DNA of 64,000 nt from an uncultured delta proteobacterium. Lineage in GTDB: Bacteria > Myxococcota_A > Polyangia > Polyangiales > Polyangiaceae. Both the position numbers and the translations under genes were made by a program. The notes beneath the pieces are model-generated. The model worked only from the letters and a program-made list of their open reading frames with translations. It searched no databases and was not told the DNA's origin. The stretch lies in the NCBI GenBank assembly GCA_963782055.1, contig CAWAIF010000003.1, positions 96,001 to 160,000 of the forward strand, read 5' to 3'. Shown here piece by piece: positions 40,099 to 50,631 of this stretch (its first letter is position 1; the number at the start of each line of letters is the position of its first letter).

Positions 40099-41019
40099 AT
40101 GAGCATCGCCCTCCCCCCGCCGCCTGACGGCGCCTCGGCCGCCACCGCGCGCCTCCACCTCCGCTACGAGGACATCACCCAGGACGGCAGGCTGGTGCTC
40201 GAGGCGCTCCCCAACGCCCTCGGCGCCGCCATCTGGTCGGCGCAGCTCGCGCGGGACCCGCTCGCGCGCGCGTGCTTCGCGCAGGGGATCGTCCCCATCC
40301 TCACGCGCTTCGTCATGGAGGGCACGCCGGGGCCCTTCTCCGCCTCGGTGCCGGTGAGCGCGTCGGGCACCTTCCGCATCGCGCGTGCGATCGGACCCGG
40401 CGGTGAGACGCAGAAGCTGTTGCTGGAGATGTGGGCCGACGTCTCCGGGCCGGTGGGGCGCACCTACGACCCGCAGCCGGAGCGCGCCGGCGAGACGGCG
40501 CTCGCCGGGCGCATCTACGGCGAGCACGTCTTCACGCGCCTCTTCGCGCCCCCGGAAGAGCGCAAGGTGCTCACGCTGGACGTGCCCGGCGGCGAGGCGC
40601 GCGTCACCGGGTCGGTGCCCTCCCGGCCGCTGGGTCGCATCGCCGAGCTCCCGGCGGCCGCGCGCCCCCTGGACGACGCGATGGTCGTCGACCCGGTGAC
40701 GACGTGCTTCGGCGTGGTGCACACCGACAGCAACCAGCACGTCAACTCGCTGGTGTACCTGCGCCTCTTCGAGGAGGCCGCGCTGCGGCGCCTGACGGCG
40801 CTCGGGCGGAGCGCCGTCGTGCTCTCCCGCGCGATGGAGATCGGCTACCGCAAGCCGTGCTTCGCCGGGGACCGCGTGCGCGTCGCCTTGCGCGCCTTCG
40901 AGACCCCGGACGGCCGCGTGGGCGTGGCCGGCGTGATGCTCTCCGAGGCCGACGCCGCCACTCCGGAGCGCCTCACCGCGGCGAAGCCGTGCACCTACGT
41001 CAAGATGCTCTTCGAGTGA
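40099..41019 (+). CDS. double hot-dog acyl-ACP thioesterase-like protein
   Basis: LRYED, HTDSNQHVNSLVY, YRKPCFAGD. Confidence 0.75.
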   Translation: MSIALPPPPDGASAATARLHLRYEDITQDGRLVLEALPNALGAAIWSAQLARDPLARACFAQGIVPILTRFVMEGTPGPFSASVPVSASGTFRIARAIGPGGETQKLLLEMWADVSGPVGRTYDPQPERAGETALAGRIYGEHVFTRLFAPPEERKVLTLDVPGGEARVTGSVPSRPLGRIAELPAAARPLDDAMVVDPVTTCFGVVHTDSNQHVNSLVYLRLFEEAALRRLTALGRSAVVLSRAMEIGYRKPCFAGDRVRVALRAFETPDGRVGVAGVMLSEADAATPERLTAAKPCTYVKMLFE

Positions 41020-41104
41020 GGGCGCCCGCACGCCAGGCGGCACTCCATCACCGCGTCGGAGCGGCGGAGGCTGCTCTTCTGGCAGCGAGCGGCCCGCCGT
41101 GGCG

Positions 41105-43693
41105 TCACTTCCTCCAGTCGATCACCGCCCGGCGCGCGCGGGCGTCGTCGGCGTCCGGGCCGTCGTCGGCGTAGAAGAGGTCCGTCCCGGCGAGCGACAT
41201 CGCCACGTCGAGGGTGGGCGGCCCGTCCAGCGCGACGAGCGGCCGGCTGGTCGTGATGGCCGAGCCGATCTTCGCGGTGTCCAGCCAGAGCTCCTGCGGC
41301 GTGGAGCGCGCGACGACGGCGCGCAGCGCGTCCCGCTGCGACGCGTCCAGCACGACGGCCGTCGCGGTGCCGCGCGCGCCGAGAGGCAGCTTGACGGGCG
41401 GCCGCACCACCTTGCCCGAGGCGTCCACCATCGCCAGCATCGCGCCCTTCGCCTCGGCGCTCGCGGCGCCGGACCCGGCGTCCTCGATCCACGCGACGGC
41501 GTAGCGGTCGCCGGTCGCGGCCAGGCTGGGCGAGCGCGAGTGGGCCGCCGTCGAGAGCACCCGCGTCTCGCGCCCCGCCTTCTTGCCCTTCGCGTCGAGC
41601 GGGGCGACGTAGATGTCGGCGAAGCCGTCGCTCGGGCTCTCCCGCGGGTCCGCCCAGGCGAGCAGCGCCCCGGAGGGCGTGGCGACGACGGTCGTGCCCG
41701 TCGCGTCCCCGGGGGCATCGGTCACGCGCTCCTGGTGCGCCGGCCGCGCGAGGTTCCAGCCGACCTTCGCGGCGTAGACCTCCCCGTTGCCGTCGCGCCC
41801 GTCCACCCACGCGACGATGTACCCGCCGGCGGCGCGCGCCACGGCGACGTCCCCCGCGTCGCCCTTCGCCGTGGTGATCTGCACGTCGGAGCGCTTGCGC
41901 CCCTTCGAGTCCAGCCGCGCGAGGTGCACCTGCGGGTCGCCCGCGTCGCGCGCGACATAGGCCACCACAGCGCCGCCCTCCTCGTGGCTGGGCGCCATCG
42001 CCACGCCGCCGGCGGGGAGCGCGCGCGTGCTCAGCGGGGGCAGCTCCGTCGTCTTGCCCTGCTCCACGGACCAGGCGCGCAGCGTCGCGCCCTCCCCCTT
42101 GGGGTTGTCGGCGGTGGTGACCGCGGTGACGAGGTCGTGCGACCCCGCGTGGATGGCGGCGATGTCGGTGACCTCGCCCGTCGCGAAGGTGCCGAGGGCG
42201 GTCACGCGTGGTGCGTCGGGCGGCGGCGGTGGCACCAGCGGCGCGCGGTGCGTGCTCGCCCGCTCCCCCAGGTCCACCCGATACACCGGCGTCGGCAGGT
42301 CCGGCCCCGCGGCGAGGGCCTCGCACGCCTGCCCGCCCGCGCAGTCGAGGCTCCAGGCGAGGCTCACCGCGGGCCCGCCGGCGAGCGCCTCCGCCTGCGT
42401 CACCGCGAGATCCGGTCCCATGCGGACGAAGAGCGGCGCCGCGGGGCACGTCTCGGTCTTGCTTCCGAGGGCGCAGGCGCGGGCCATCGCGAGCAGGGCG
42501 AAGCCGTCCCCCGCGGGGCGCAGCTCGGGAGTGCCCGCGCCCGAGAGCTCCAGAGAGGTCTCCGCCGTCGCGCCGCGCTTCGCGTCGGGCACCAGCGCGA
42601 CGTGCACCGGGCGCATCTGCCGCTCCCGGTGCCGCGCGTCGTCCCACACCACCGCCGCAGCGCTCTTTCCGCCCGCCAGGTCGACGAGCTGCGAGCCCCC
42701 GCGCTCCGGCAGCAGATCCCGCGCGGGGACCACCTTGCCCGCCGCGTCCACGCCGGCGATCTGCACCTCCGGGTCGGCGCGCGATCGATCCGTCCAGGCG
42801 AAGACGAAGGCGTCGCCGGCGGGGGAAGCCACGCGCGCGACGTCCATGTCGGCGGCGGCGCTGCTCGCCACCGCCACCGGCTGCCCCGCGACGTGCCCGT
42901 CTTCGTCCACGCGCAGCCACCGCAGCGCGCCGTCGCGCCGCGAGATGCGCGCGCCTCCCGCGGGCGGCGGAGCGTGGCTCGCCGGGGGCTGGACGACCGC
43001 GAGGCCGGCGCCGCCCGACGCCGGCACGGCCTGCCACGCGGTCACCCCGCGCGCGACGCGGCTGGGCACGCCGCGCGCCCGCCCGGCCGGGTCGAGCGCG
43101 AGCGCCAGCACGCTCGTCTCGCCGCCCGCCGTCTCCTGCACCCACAGGCACACCGAACCGTGTGCCGTGGGCACCAGCTCCACCCATACGATCTCGTCGT
43201 TGGTCCGCGCGATCTCGCCCGGCAGGCCGAGCGCCTTGCCGTCGTCTCCCACGCCGAGCACGCTCAGCGACTCGCCCAGATCGGTGAGCGAGGTCCACGC
43301 GACGAGGTACGCGGGCTTGTCGCCGCCGCCGCGCCGCACCACCATCGCCCCCGTCTCCTGCGGCGCCTGGGCGACGACGCTCGGCTGGCCGATCATCGTG
43401 CCGTGGGCATCCAGCGCCACGGCCACGACCGGCCGGGGTCCCGACCCGGTGCCCTTCACGTACGCCACCAGCGCCCCCTTCTCGGCGCGCGCGAGCTCCG
43501 GACCGAGGACCTTGTTCTGCAGGCTCCCGACGAGCATGAGCGGCCCCCACACCCCCGCGTCGTCCGACGCGGCGGGGTGGAACGTCGTGAGGGGCTGGTG
43601 GTACGGGCTGAGCGGCTTGCCCCACTGCTTCGGGCCGCACGCGGCGGCGGCGAGGAGGCCGAGCACGACGGCAGCAGCGAGCGCGCGCCTCAT
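41105..43693 (-). CDS. large hypothetical lipoprotein (repetitive beta-propeller-like)
   Basis: Lipobox AAAC; repeated xxAWxD / LDxxG motifs. Confidence 0.75.
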   Translation of the reverse strand: MRRALAAAVVLGLLAAAACGPKQWGKPLSPYHQPLTTFHPAASDDAGVWGPLMLVGSLQNKVLGPELARAEKGALVAYVKGTGSGPRPVVAVALDAHGTMIGQPSVVAQAPQETGAMVVRRGGGDKPAYLVAWTSLTDLGESLSVLGVGDDGKALGLPGEIARTNDEIVWVELVPTAHGSVCLWVQETAGGETSVLALALDPAGRARGVPSRVARGVTAWQAVPASGGAGLAVVQPPASHAPPPAGGARISRRDGALRWLRVDEDGHVAGQPVAVASSAAADMDVARVASPAGDAFVFAWTDRSRADPEVQIAGVDAAGKVVPARDLLPERGGSQLVDLAGGKSAAAVVWDDARHRERQMRPVHVALVPDAKRGATAETSLELSGAGTPELRPAGDGFALLAMARACALGSKTETCPAAPLFVRMGPDLAVTQAEALAGGPAVSLAWSLDCAGGQACEALAAGPDLPTPVYRVDLGERASTHRAPLVPPPPPDAPRVTALGTFATGEVTDIAAIHAGSHDLVTAVTTADNPKGEGATLRAWSVEQGKTTELPPLSTRALPAGGVAMAPSHEEGGAVVAYVARDAGDPQVHLARLDSKGRKRSDVQITTAKGDAGDVAVARAAGGYIVAWVDGRDGNGEVYAAKVGWNLARPAHQERVTDAPGDATGTTVVATPSGALLAWADPRESPSDGFADIYVAPLDAKGKKAGRETRVLSTAAHSRSPSLAATGDRYAVAWIEDAGSGAASAEAKGAMLAMVDASGKVVRPPVKLPLGARGTATAVVLDASQRDALRAVVARSTPQELWLDTAKIGSAITTSRPLVALDGPPTLDVAMSLAGTDLFYADDGPDADDARARRAVIDWRK

Positions 43694-44088
43694 GTCGTCC
43701 CGACAGGATGGCTGGAGACCTCGATGCTGCCGGCGCCCGGCGTGTCCGGGTAGAGCCCGGGGCAGCACCCCATCGACTGCACGATGCGCACATCGGTCGC
43801 GAAGGTGCGGCCGGAGAGAGCCACCTCCACGTGGCAGATCCCGGTCGCCACCGGGTGAAAGGCGTAGGCGCTGCACGCGCCCGCGTCCCCCTTCGTGCAC
43901 GCGGGCGTGACGCCGTCGCACGCGTTGCCCGACAGCGCGACGCCGGTGACCTGCGCGACGAGGCTGTCGGGCACGGTCACCACCAGGCTGCCGTCGGTGC
44001 AGCGACACTCGGGCCCCTGGCTGCAGCCGCAAGGGAGCAGGAGCGCCATCGGGAGCACAACATCGAGGCAGGCTCGCATCTTCCTCAC
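43690..44088 (-). CDS. small Cys-rich lipoprotein
   Basis: Signal peptide, multiple Cys; stop overlaps next gene's start; start uncertain. Confidence 0.65.
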   Translation of the reverse strand: MRKMRACLDVVLPMALLLPCGCSQGPECRCTDGSLVVTVPDSLVAQVTGVALSGNACDGVTPACTKGDAGACSAYAFHPVATGICHVEVALSGRTFATDVRIVQSMGCCPGLYPDTPGAGSIEVSSHPVGTT

Positions 44089-44180
44089 GAGGAGAGGGTT
44101 TAGCGCGCTCCTTGGCCGCTCGGAAGCGCCGCGTGGCTCTCCTGCCCGAAAGGTTTCGCGGTAGAGTCGTGGTCGTGTCG

Positions 44181-45290
44181 ATGACGCCCATGGCCGAGCT
44201 CGCCGCCCTGCTCCGCCCCGCCGGCGGAGGCCTGTACGTGGTCTCCACCGGCCTCGCGGAGCAGCAGGCGATGCAGCGCACCCTCTACCGCGCCTCCGGC
44301 GAGGAGGAGGTGCAGGCCCGCTTCGCCGAGGCGCTGGGTCGCATCGCCGAGGCGCGGGTGGTGGTCCTGGGCGTCCCGTCGGACGTGGGCGCCGGCTACC
44401 TTCGCGGCGCCAACACCGGCCCGCAGGACATCCGCAAGGCCCTGCTGGAGTCGACCCCCGACTGGCCGGAGCGCGCTCGCGCCCGCGGCATCGTCGACAT
44501 CGGCGACGTCCGGGTGGTCCCGCAGCTCCTCCACGACGAGATGCTCTGCGCCGCGCAGATCGAGGCCTCCCGGCGGGCGCTCTACCCCGACGTCGACCCC
44601 GCCTCGCGCGCCGGGCTCCCCGTCTCCCCCCTCTCCATCGAGGAGCGCGTGCTCGACCGGGTCTTCGCCCTCAACCCGCGGGTGAAGCCCATCATCCTCG
44701 GCGGCGACCACTCCTGCGCCTGGCCGGTCACCGCGTCTCTCGCCCGCGCGCACCCGGGGCCCTGGGGCATCGTGCAGGTGGACGCCCACACCGATCTGCT
44801 CTCCGAGCGTCTGGGCGTTCGCTACTGCTTCGCGACGTGGTCGTACCACGCCAACGAGCTGCTCGGCCGCGGCGGCAAGCTCACGCAGGTCGGCATCCGC
44901 GCGACGCGCCACGAGCGCGGGCACTGGGAGGGCACGCTGGGCGTGCGGCAGTTCTGGGCGAAGGAGTGCCTCGAGGATCCCGCCGCGGCCCTGGACGCCA
45001 TCGTGGCGCACGTGAAGTCGACCGGCGTGCGCGGCGTCTACTTCTCCAACGACATCGACGGGACCGACGCGGCGTACGCCGACGCGACAGGAACGCCCGA
45101 GTCGGGGGGCCTCCGGCCGGACTTCGTGGTCGACCTCATCCGCCGTCTGGGGCGCGAGGTCGGGCTGATCGCCGGGGACGTGATGGAGGTCGCCCCGCCC
45201 GTCGCGCGAACCCCGGGCGGCGCGGCGACGACGCTCGCCACCGCGGTGCGCTACCTGCGAGAGACCATCGACGCCGTGCTCGCCGGGTGA
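44181..45290 (+). CDS. arginase/agmatinase (ureohydrolase) family protein
   Basis: LGGDHS, VDAHTD, SNDIDG, TGTPESGG, DVMEVAP. Confidence 0.88.
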   Translation: MTPMAELAALLRPAGGGLYVVSTGLAEQQAMQRTLYRASGEEEVQARFAEALGRIAEARVVVLGVPSDVGAGYLRGANTGPQDIRKALLESTPDWPERARARGIVDIGDVRVVPQLLHDEMLCAAQIEASRRALYPDVDPASRAGLPVSPLSIEERVLDRVFALNPRVKPIILGGDHSCAWPVTASLARAHPGPWGIVQVDAHTDLLSERLGVRYCFATWSYHANELLGRGGKLTQVGIRATRHERGHWEGTLGVRQFWAKECLEDPAAALDAIVAHVKSTGVRGVYFSNDIDGTDAAYADATGTPESGGLRPDFVVDLIRRLGREVGLIAGDVMEVAPPVARTPGGAATTLATAVRYLRETIDAVLAG

Positions 45291-45300
45291 CCGGCGGCGC

Positions 45301-45690
45301 TCAGGCGAAGTACGCCTTGACGCTCTTGTCCGTCAGGACGCGGAAGGAGCGCGCGTTCATGTACACGCCCGCGAGCGCCATGACGGCGTACCCCAGCAAG
45401 GAGAACGACCAGCTCCCGAAGAAGGAGACGACGAACCGGCCGGTGGCCAGCACGCCGAGCAGCGTCGAGAGGGCCGAGAGCACGACGAGCACCACGCGCG
45501 TCAGCGAGGACTTGCCAATGAGCAGCCGGCACACGGCAAAGGCGACGACGATGCTGAAGCCTGTCGACATGGCGGCGGCGATCATCGAGAAGAAGCCGAT
45601 CCCGTTCATGAGCAGCGTGGCGAGGCCCGTGAAGAGGGCGAAGCCGTACCAGGCGGTGGTGAGGTTCTGGATCTTCTCTTTGGCGGTCAT
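45301..45690 (-). CDS. small membrane protein
   Basis: Four hydrophobic segments; AAGGAGG RBS. Confidence 0.75.
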   Translation of the reverse strand: MTAKEKIQNLTTAWYGFALFTGLATLLMNGIGFFSMIAAAMSTGFSIVVAFAVCRLLIGKSSLTRVVLVVLSALSTLLGVLATGRFVVSFFGSWSFSLLGYAVMALAGVYMNARSFRVLTDKSVKAYFA

Positions 45691-45752
45691 CGCAGCCTCC
45701 TTGCCGTCGATCCTACGCCTCCGCCGGGCCGCTTCTTCCCGGAATCCGACCG

Positions 45753-46625
45753 TCAGGCGCGCAACAATTGCGCGAGGTGTGAGCGCTCCCAGGCGAGCGC
45801 CCGCTCGTGGTGGCGGAAGGTGGCCTCGCGCTCGCGGAACTCCGGTGGATGCAGCTTGCGCCGGCCCGAGCCGCGGGTGGCGGGCATCACGTGGTGGAGC
45901 ATCTCGTGGAAGAGCACGTAGGCGACGAAGTAGCGGGGCACCCAGCGGCGGTCGAGCACGGGGTGAATGCGGATCAGCCTGTCCTGGTAGTTGTAGCTCC
46001 CCAGCTTGATCGTCGCGCGCTTGGTGCCCGGGCGGGTGGTGCGCAGGCCCCAGGTGACCAGGGCGTTCACGTCGTTGTCGAAGTAGCGGTCGTTCAGGTC
46101 CTCGAAGAGGCCGTACAGGTCGTGGTGCTTGCCGCGGGTGACGAGGCGCAGGCGCCGCGAGCGGCGGGCGAGGCGCTGGACGTTGGCCTCGATGTAGTGG
46201 CTGATCAGCTCGCTCGCCTTGCGGTCCCCGTCCGCCACGTAGCGGACGAGGGCGTCCACCACGCGGGGGGGCGCATCCAGGAACATGTGGTGGAGGCGCG
46301 CGCGGACGATGCCCCGGTGCCGGCTGTGCGAGATGATCGCGTGCCGGTTGTCGGTGATGGAGACGGTGACCGGCCGGGGGAGGGCAGCGGTGAGCCTGCG
46401 CTCCAGCGACTGGCGCGCGCCCTCGTGGACGAACATGCGTGGGGTGCGTCCGGGGAAGACGGCGTGCGGCGCGTTCTCCGGCACGCGGATGGCGACGGCG
46501 CCCATCGGTCGCGCGAGGCCGCGGTAGCGCACCGTGCCTTCATGAGATCCCCATACGCGCAGTGCTCCCCCCCGGGCGTGCGAAGGGTGCGGCGAGAGCA
46601 AGGGAACGGTGCTCCGGGCGGCCAT
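45753..46625 (-). CDS. SprT-like/M48-like zinc metalloprotease
   Basis: LNDRYF, LGSY...IRIHPVLD...VP...HEMLH...HPPEF; start could be 46625, 46505 or 46436. Confidence 0.8.
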   Translation of the reverse strand: MAARSTVPLLSPHPSHARGGALRVWGSHEGTVRYRGLARPMGAVAIRVPENAPHAVFPGRTPRMFVHEGARQSLERRLTAALPRPVTVSITDNRHAIISHSRHRGIVRARLHHMFLDAPPRVVDALVRYVADGDRKASELISHYIEANVQRLARRSRRLRLVTRGKHHDLYGLFEDLNDRYFDNDVNALVTWGLRTTRPGTKRATIKLGSYNYQDRLIRIHPVLDRRWVPRYFVAYVLFHEMLHHVMPATRGSGRRKLHPPEFREREATFRHHERALAWERSHLAQLLRA

Positions 46626-46816
46626 GGATGTCTCTCTTCATTGGGGGTATGGGATGGCTGGGACCTTGTCAAGGAACCAATTTATTCAGAGAAATCCTAC
46701 ATTTGTATAGGTAGGAGCCCCGCCTTCAGGAGCGCCCGTGCGGGTGGGTTCAGGTGGGGCGTGCGCCTACCTATCGAAGCCAGCCCGAAGGTCGTTGTGT
46801 CGACACCTCGCACCCC

Positions 46817-46845
46817 AGAATACTGAATGAATGACCAGTAGACAA
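46817..46845 (-). promoter_or_regulatory. sigma70-type promoter overlapped by LexA-type box
   Basis: -35 TTGTCT, 17 nt, -10 TATTCT; TACTG-N10-CAGTA at 46821-46840. Confidence 0.65.
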
Positions 46846-47015
46846 GCGTGCGGCGGGACGCGCCGGTCGCGCTTGAGCCGCCGCCGGCGATCGTCGAACT
46901 GGAAGCAAGCGTGCGGTGGGACGCCACGGCTGGGCCTGCCCGGAAGGCACCCCCACGGCCAGCCCCCACCCGCTCGCCGGATCGTCAGCAAGCTTGCGGT
47001 CGGACGCGGGAGTTC

Positions 47016-47495
47016 TCAGCCCGGCGTGAGGAACTGGAGGGTCTTGGGGTCCACAATGAACCGCAGGCGCGCGGGGTGGCCGCGCTCGACGGAGAGGCCG
47101 ACCACCATCGCCTTGAGCATGTCGCTCCCGAGGCGGTCCCGCAGCAGCGTCTCGACGAGATCACCCAGGTCGGGCTGGTGGCCGACGAGCATCGTCCGCT
47201 TGCGACGCTCCTCCAGCAGGACATCCACCAGACCGAGCGAGTCGCCACCTGGCTTGAGCTCCCACCGCGTCTCCACCTCGGGCAGGCCGATGTCCTTGGC
47301 CACGAGCTCCGCCGTCTGCAGCGCGCGCACGAGCGGGCTGGTGACGATCGCGCGCGGCTGCTCACCGTGCTCGCGCAGGAAGGCGGCGACCGAAGTCACG
47401 CGATCGCGGCCGTGGGGGGTCAAGGCACGGTCGGAGTCGCGCCCGGTGGAGGCGAAATCCTCCGCCGGGCCATGGCGCATCACATAGAGCTTCAC
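47016..47495 (-). CDS. sixA: phosphohistidine phosphatase
   Basis: LYVMRHG, DRALT, SPLVRALQTA, LVGHQP. Confidence 0.85.
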   Translation of the reverse strand: MKLYVMRHGPAEDFASTGRDSDRALTPHGRDRVTSVAAFLREHGEQPRAIVTSPLVRALQTAELVAKDIGLPEVETRWELKPGGDSLGLVDVLLEERRKRTMLVGHQPDLGDLVETLLRDRLGSDMLKAMVVGLSVERGHPARLRFIVDPKTLQFLTPG

Positions 47496-47616
47496 GTTCC
47501 ATGGATACACCACACCGCCGCCACGGCCCGCAAGAACCACACGTGAGCGGAGCCGTCTCGCGCCCGCCGCGTAGCGGTGGGCCCGCGTGGGGAGCGGCGC
47601 GCGCCGCCCCTCCGGA

Positions 47617-48747
<1,131 letters not shown>

Positions 48748-48826
48748 GGCAGGCTCCCTCGAGTAGCATCGACACCGCTCGCCGCGGGGCTTTGACCCCT
48801 GCGCGTCGGGGCGGCGATGAAGGGGC

Positions 48827-48854
48827 AGCATACTGCGTTTGTGTTCAGTATCAA
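48827..48854 (-). promoter_or_regulatory. recA promoter with SOS (LexA) box in spacer
   Basis: -35 TTGATA, 16-nt spacer CTGAACACAAACGCAG, -10 TATGCT; plus strand ends GTTCAG as in myxobacterial LexA boxes. Confidence 0.8.
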
Positions 48855-48882
48855 GCTTCTTCGCTCTGCTAGGCTTTTCCCC

Positions 48883-49992
48883 GTGAAGAGCGCCGCTCTC
48901 GCTCTTGTTCTCACGCTCGCCGTGGGGCTCGCCGCTGCGTGCGACGAGGACAAACCGCCGCCGCGCCGCGATCCTTCCCCCAAGGCGCTCGCCAGCGCGC
49001 TCGGCATCGCCGACGCCATGCCGCTCGTCGACCCGCCGCGGCCCGCGGGCGACCTCAAGGCGGACCTCGAGGGGTTTACCACCATCGACGCGTGCATGAA
49101 GCAGCACGCGAACCTGGACCCCGTCGTCGGCGACGCGCTCGGCGCCATCGGCTACGACACCTTCCTGCGTGACGCGTGCCGCGTGCTGGAGGCGGCGAAG
49201 ACGCGCGACCCGAAGAAGTGCGCGCTCATCGACGCGAGCGCCCTCCAGCGGCGGTGCGAGTCCATCGTCGCCATCGTCGCGGCGAAGCCGGACGGGTGCC
49301 CGCTCCGCGCGAAGCCGGAGCTCGGCCGCGACGGCTGGTGCCTGGCGGCGGCGCTCCGCAGCCCGGCGATGTGCGAGGCGGAGGAGCCGCGCCGGCGCGC
49401 CGCGTGCGAGGCGATGGTCGGGCGCGACGCGAAGAAGTGCGACGCGGTGGTGCTCGACGAGGAGAAGCCGGACTGCACGCGCGACGCGGCGCGGTTCGCG
49501 TCCATCATCGGCGACGGCGAGGCGAAGGTGACGAGCGTACCGAAGGGCGGTGGCTCGCTGGAGATCCATGGCGCCGAGGGCCGCGCGGACCCGGCCGAGA
49601 CGAAGGTGGACCTCGTGCTCGACGTGGGGGCGGGCCTCACGCTGGTGAAGGAGGCCAAGGGCGTGCGCGCGGCGTTCGGCGACTGGGGCGACCCCAGCCT
49701 CTCCCTGCACGCCGCCCCGCCGCTCTCCCGCGCGCGCTTCGGCGCGGTGCTGGGCCTCGCCGACGACGGCCCGGCGGAGGTGCGCGAGCTGGACCTCGGC
49801 GTGCCCGGCGCGGCGTTCATCGCGTGCCCCGCGGTGAAGTGCTCGGTGAAGGTCAGGGTGACGAAGCTGGACAGGACGCGCGGCGGGGCCGCCGAGCTCA
49901 CCATCGACGGCGAGGTGGGCGTCCCGCCGGAGGCCTTCAAGGTGCACGCCGACATCCACACCTTCGTCCGCGACATCGTCTTGCCCGAATGA
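48883..49992 (+). CDS. Cys-rich hypothetical lipoprotein
   Basis: Lipobox AAAC; regularly spaced Cys. Confidence 0.75.
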   Translation: MKSAALALVLTLAVGLAAACDEDKPPPRRDPSPKALASALGIADAMPLVDPPRPAGDLKADLEGFTTIDACMKQHANLDPVVGDALGAIGYDTFLRDACRVLEAAKTRDPKKCALIDASALQRRCESIVAIVAAKPDGCPLRAKPELGRDGWCLAAALRSPAMCEAEEPRRRAACEAMVGRDAKKCDAVVLDEEKPDCTRDAARFASIIGDGEAKVTSVPKGGGSLEIHGAEGRADPAETKVDLVLDVGAGLTLVKEAKGVRAAFGDWGDPSLSLHAAPPLSRARFGAVLGLADDGPAEVRELDLGVPGAAFIACPAVKCSVKVRVTKLDRTRGGAAELTIDGEVGVPPEAFKVHADIHTFVRDIVLPE

Positions 49993-50023
49993 CGGGGCGC
50001 GGTCCCGGCGTTATGCTGGGCGA

Positions 50024-50614
50024 ATGGTGCGCGCGTCGAGCGGGCTGGCCTGGATCGCGGCCACACTGGGTGCCGGCATGGCGCTGGCGGCGTGCGCCGA
50101 CATCCTCGGCATCGACGACGGCACGGCGCGCGCCGGAGATGCCTCGGTGCCCGACGCGCAGGGAGTGGACGCCGGCCCGGACGCGAAGAGGCCCTCCCTG
50201 GTGACCGGCATCGCGCCGCCGCCCTTCAGCCCCCTCGCCTGCGGCAGCGACACCTGCAACGCCGTCACGCAGGGGTGTTGCAGCCACGGTAGTGGGACCG
50301 ACGCCGCGGCCTTCACCTACGCGTGCGTCGACTTCGACGGCGGTGACTGCGAGGGCGGCCTGCTCTACCACTGCGACAGGCCGGACAACTGCGACCACCA
50401 GGGCAAGCCCGGCGACGTCTGCTGCGCCTTCGCCGGGGGGAGCGGCGTCGCGTACGACGTCGAGTGCGCCACGGCGGCGGAGTGCGAGGACTTCGACGCG
50501 AGCTACGCGACGCGCCTCTGCAACCCCGGCGACGACAGCCTCTGCCCGCCGGAGGCCGGCCTGAGCTGCCGGCCGAGCGTGCTGACGGTCATCGGCTACC
50601 CCATCTGCAAGTAG
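50024..50614 (+). CDS. Cys-rich lipoprotein, paralog A
   Basis: LAACADILGIDDGT...CNAVTQGCCSH...ICK. Confidence 0.8.
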   Translation: MVRASSGLAWIAATLGAGMALAACADILGIDDGTARAGDASVPDAQGVDAGPDAKRPSLVTGIAPPPFSPLACGSDTCNAVTQGCCSHGSGTDAAAFTYACVDFDGGDCEGGLLYHCDRPDNCDHQGKPGDVCCAFAGGSGVAYDVECATAAECEDFDASYATRLCNPGDDSLCPPEAGLSCRPSVLTVIGYPICK

Positions 50615-50631
50615 CCGGGTATCCTGGGAGG

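Noticed and set aside
46700..47000. Assignment of the structured region to 6S or Pxr RNA
   Set aside because: Only short motif resemblance; cannot be supported without a covariance-model search, so reported as an unnamed candidate
24602..47495. Functional link between ptsP and sixA, or between addAB/alkD/recA and the deaminase island
   Set aside because: Genes are 10-30 kb apart with unrelated genes between; proximity is probably coincidental
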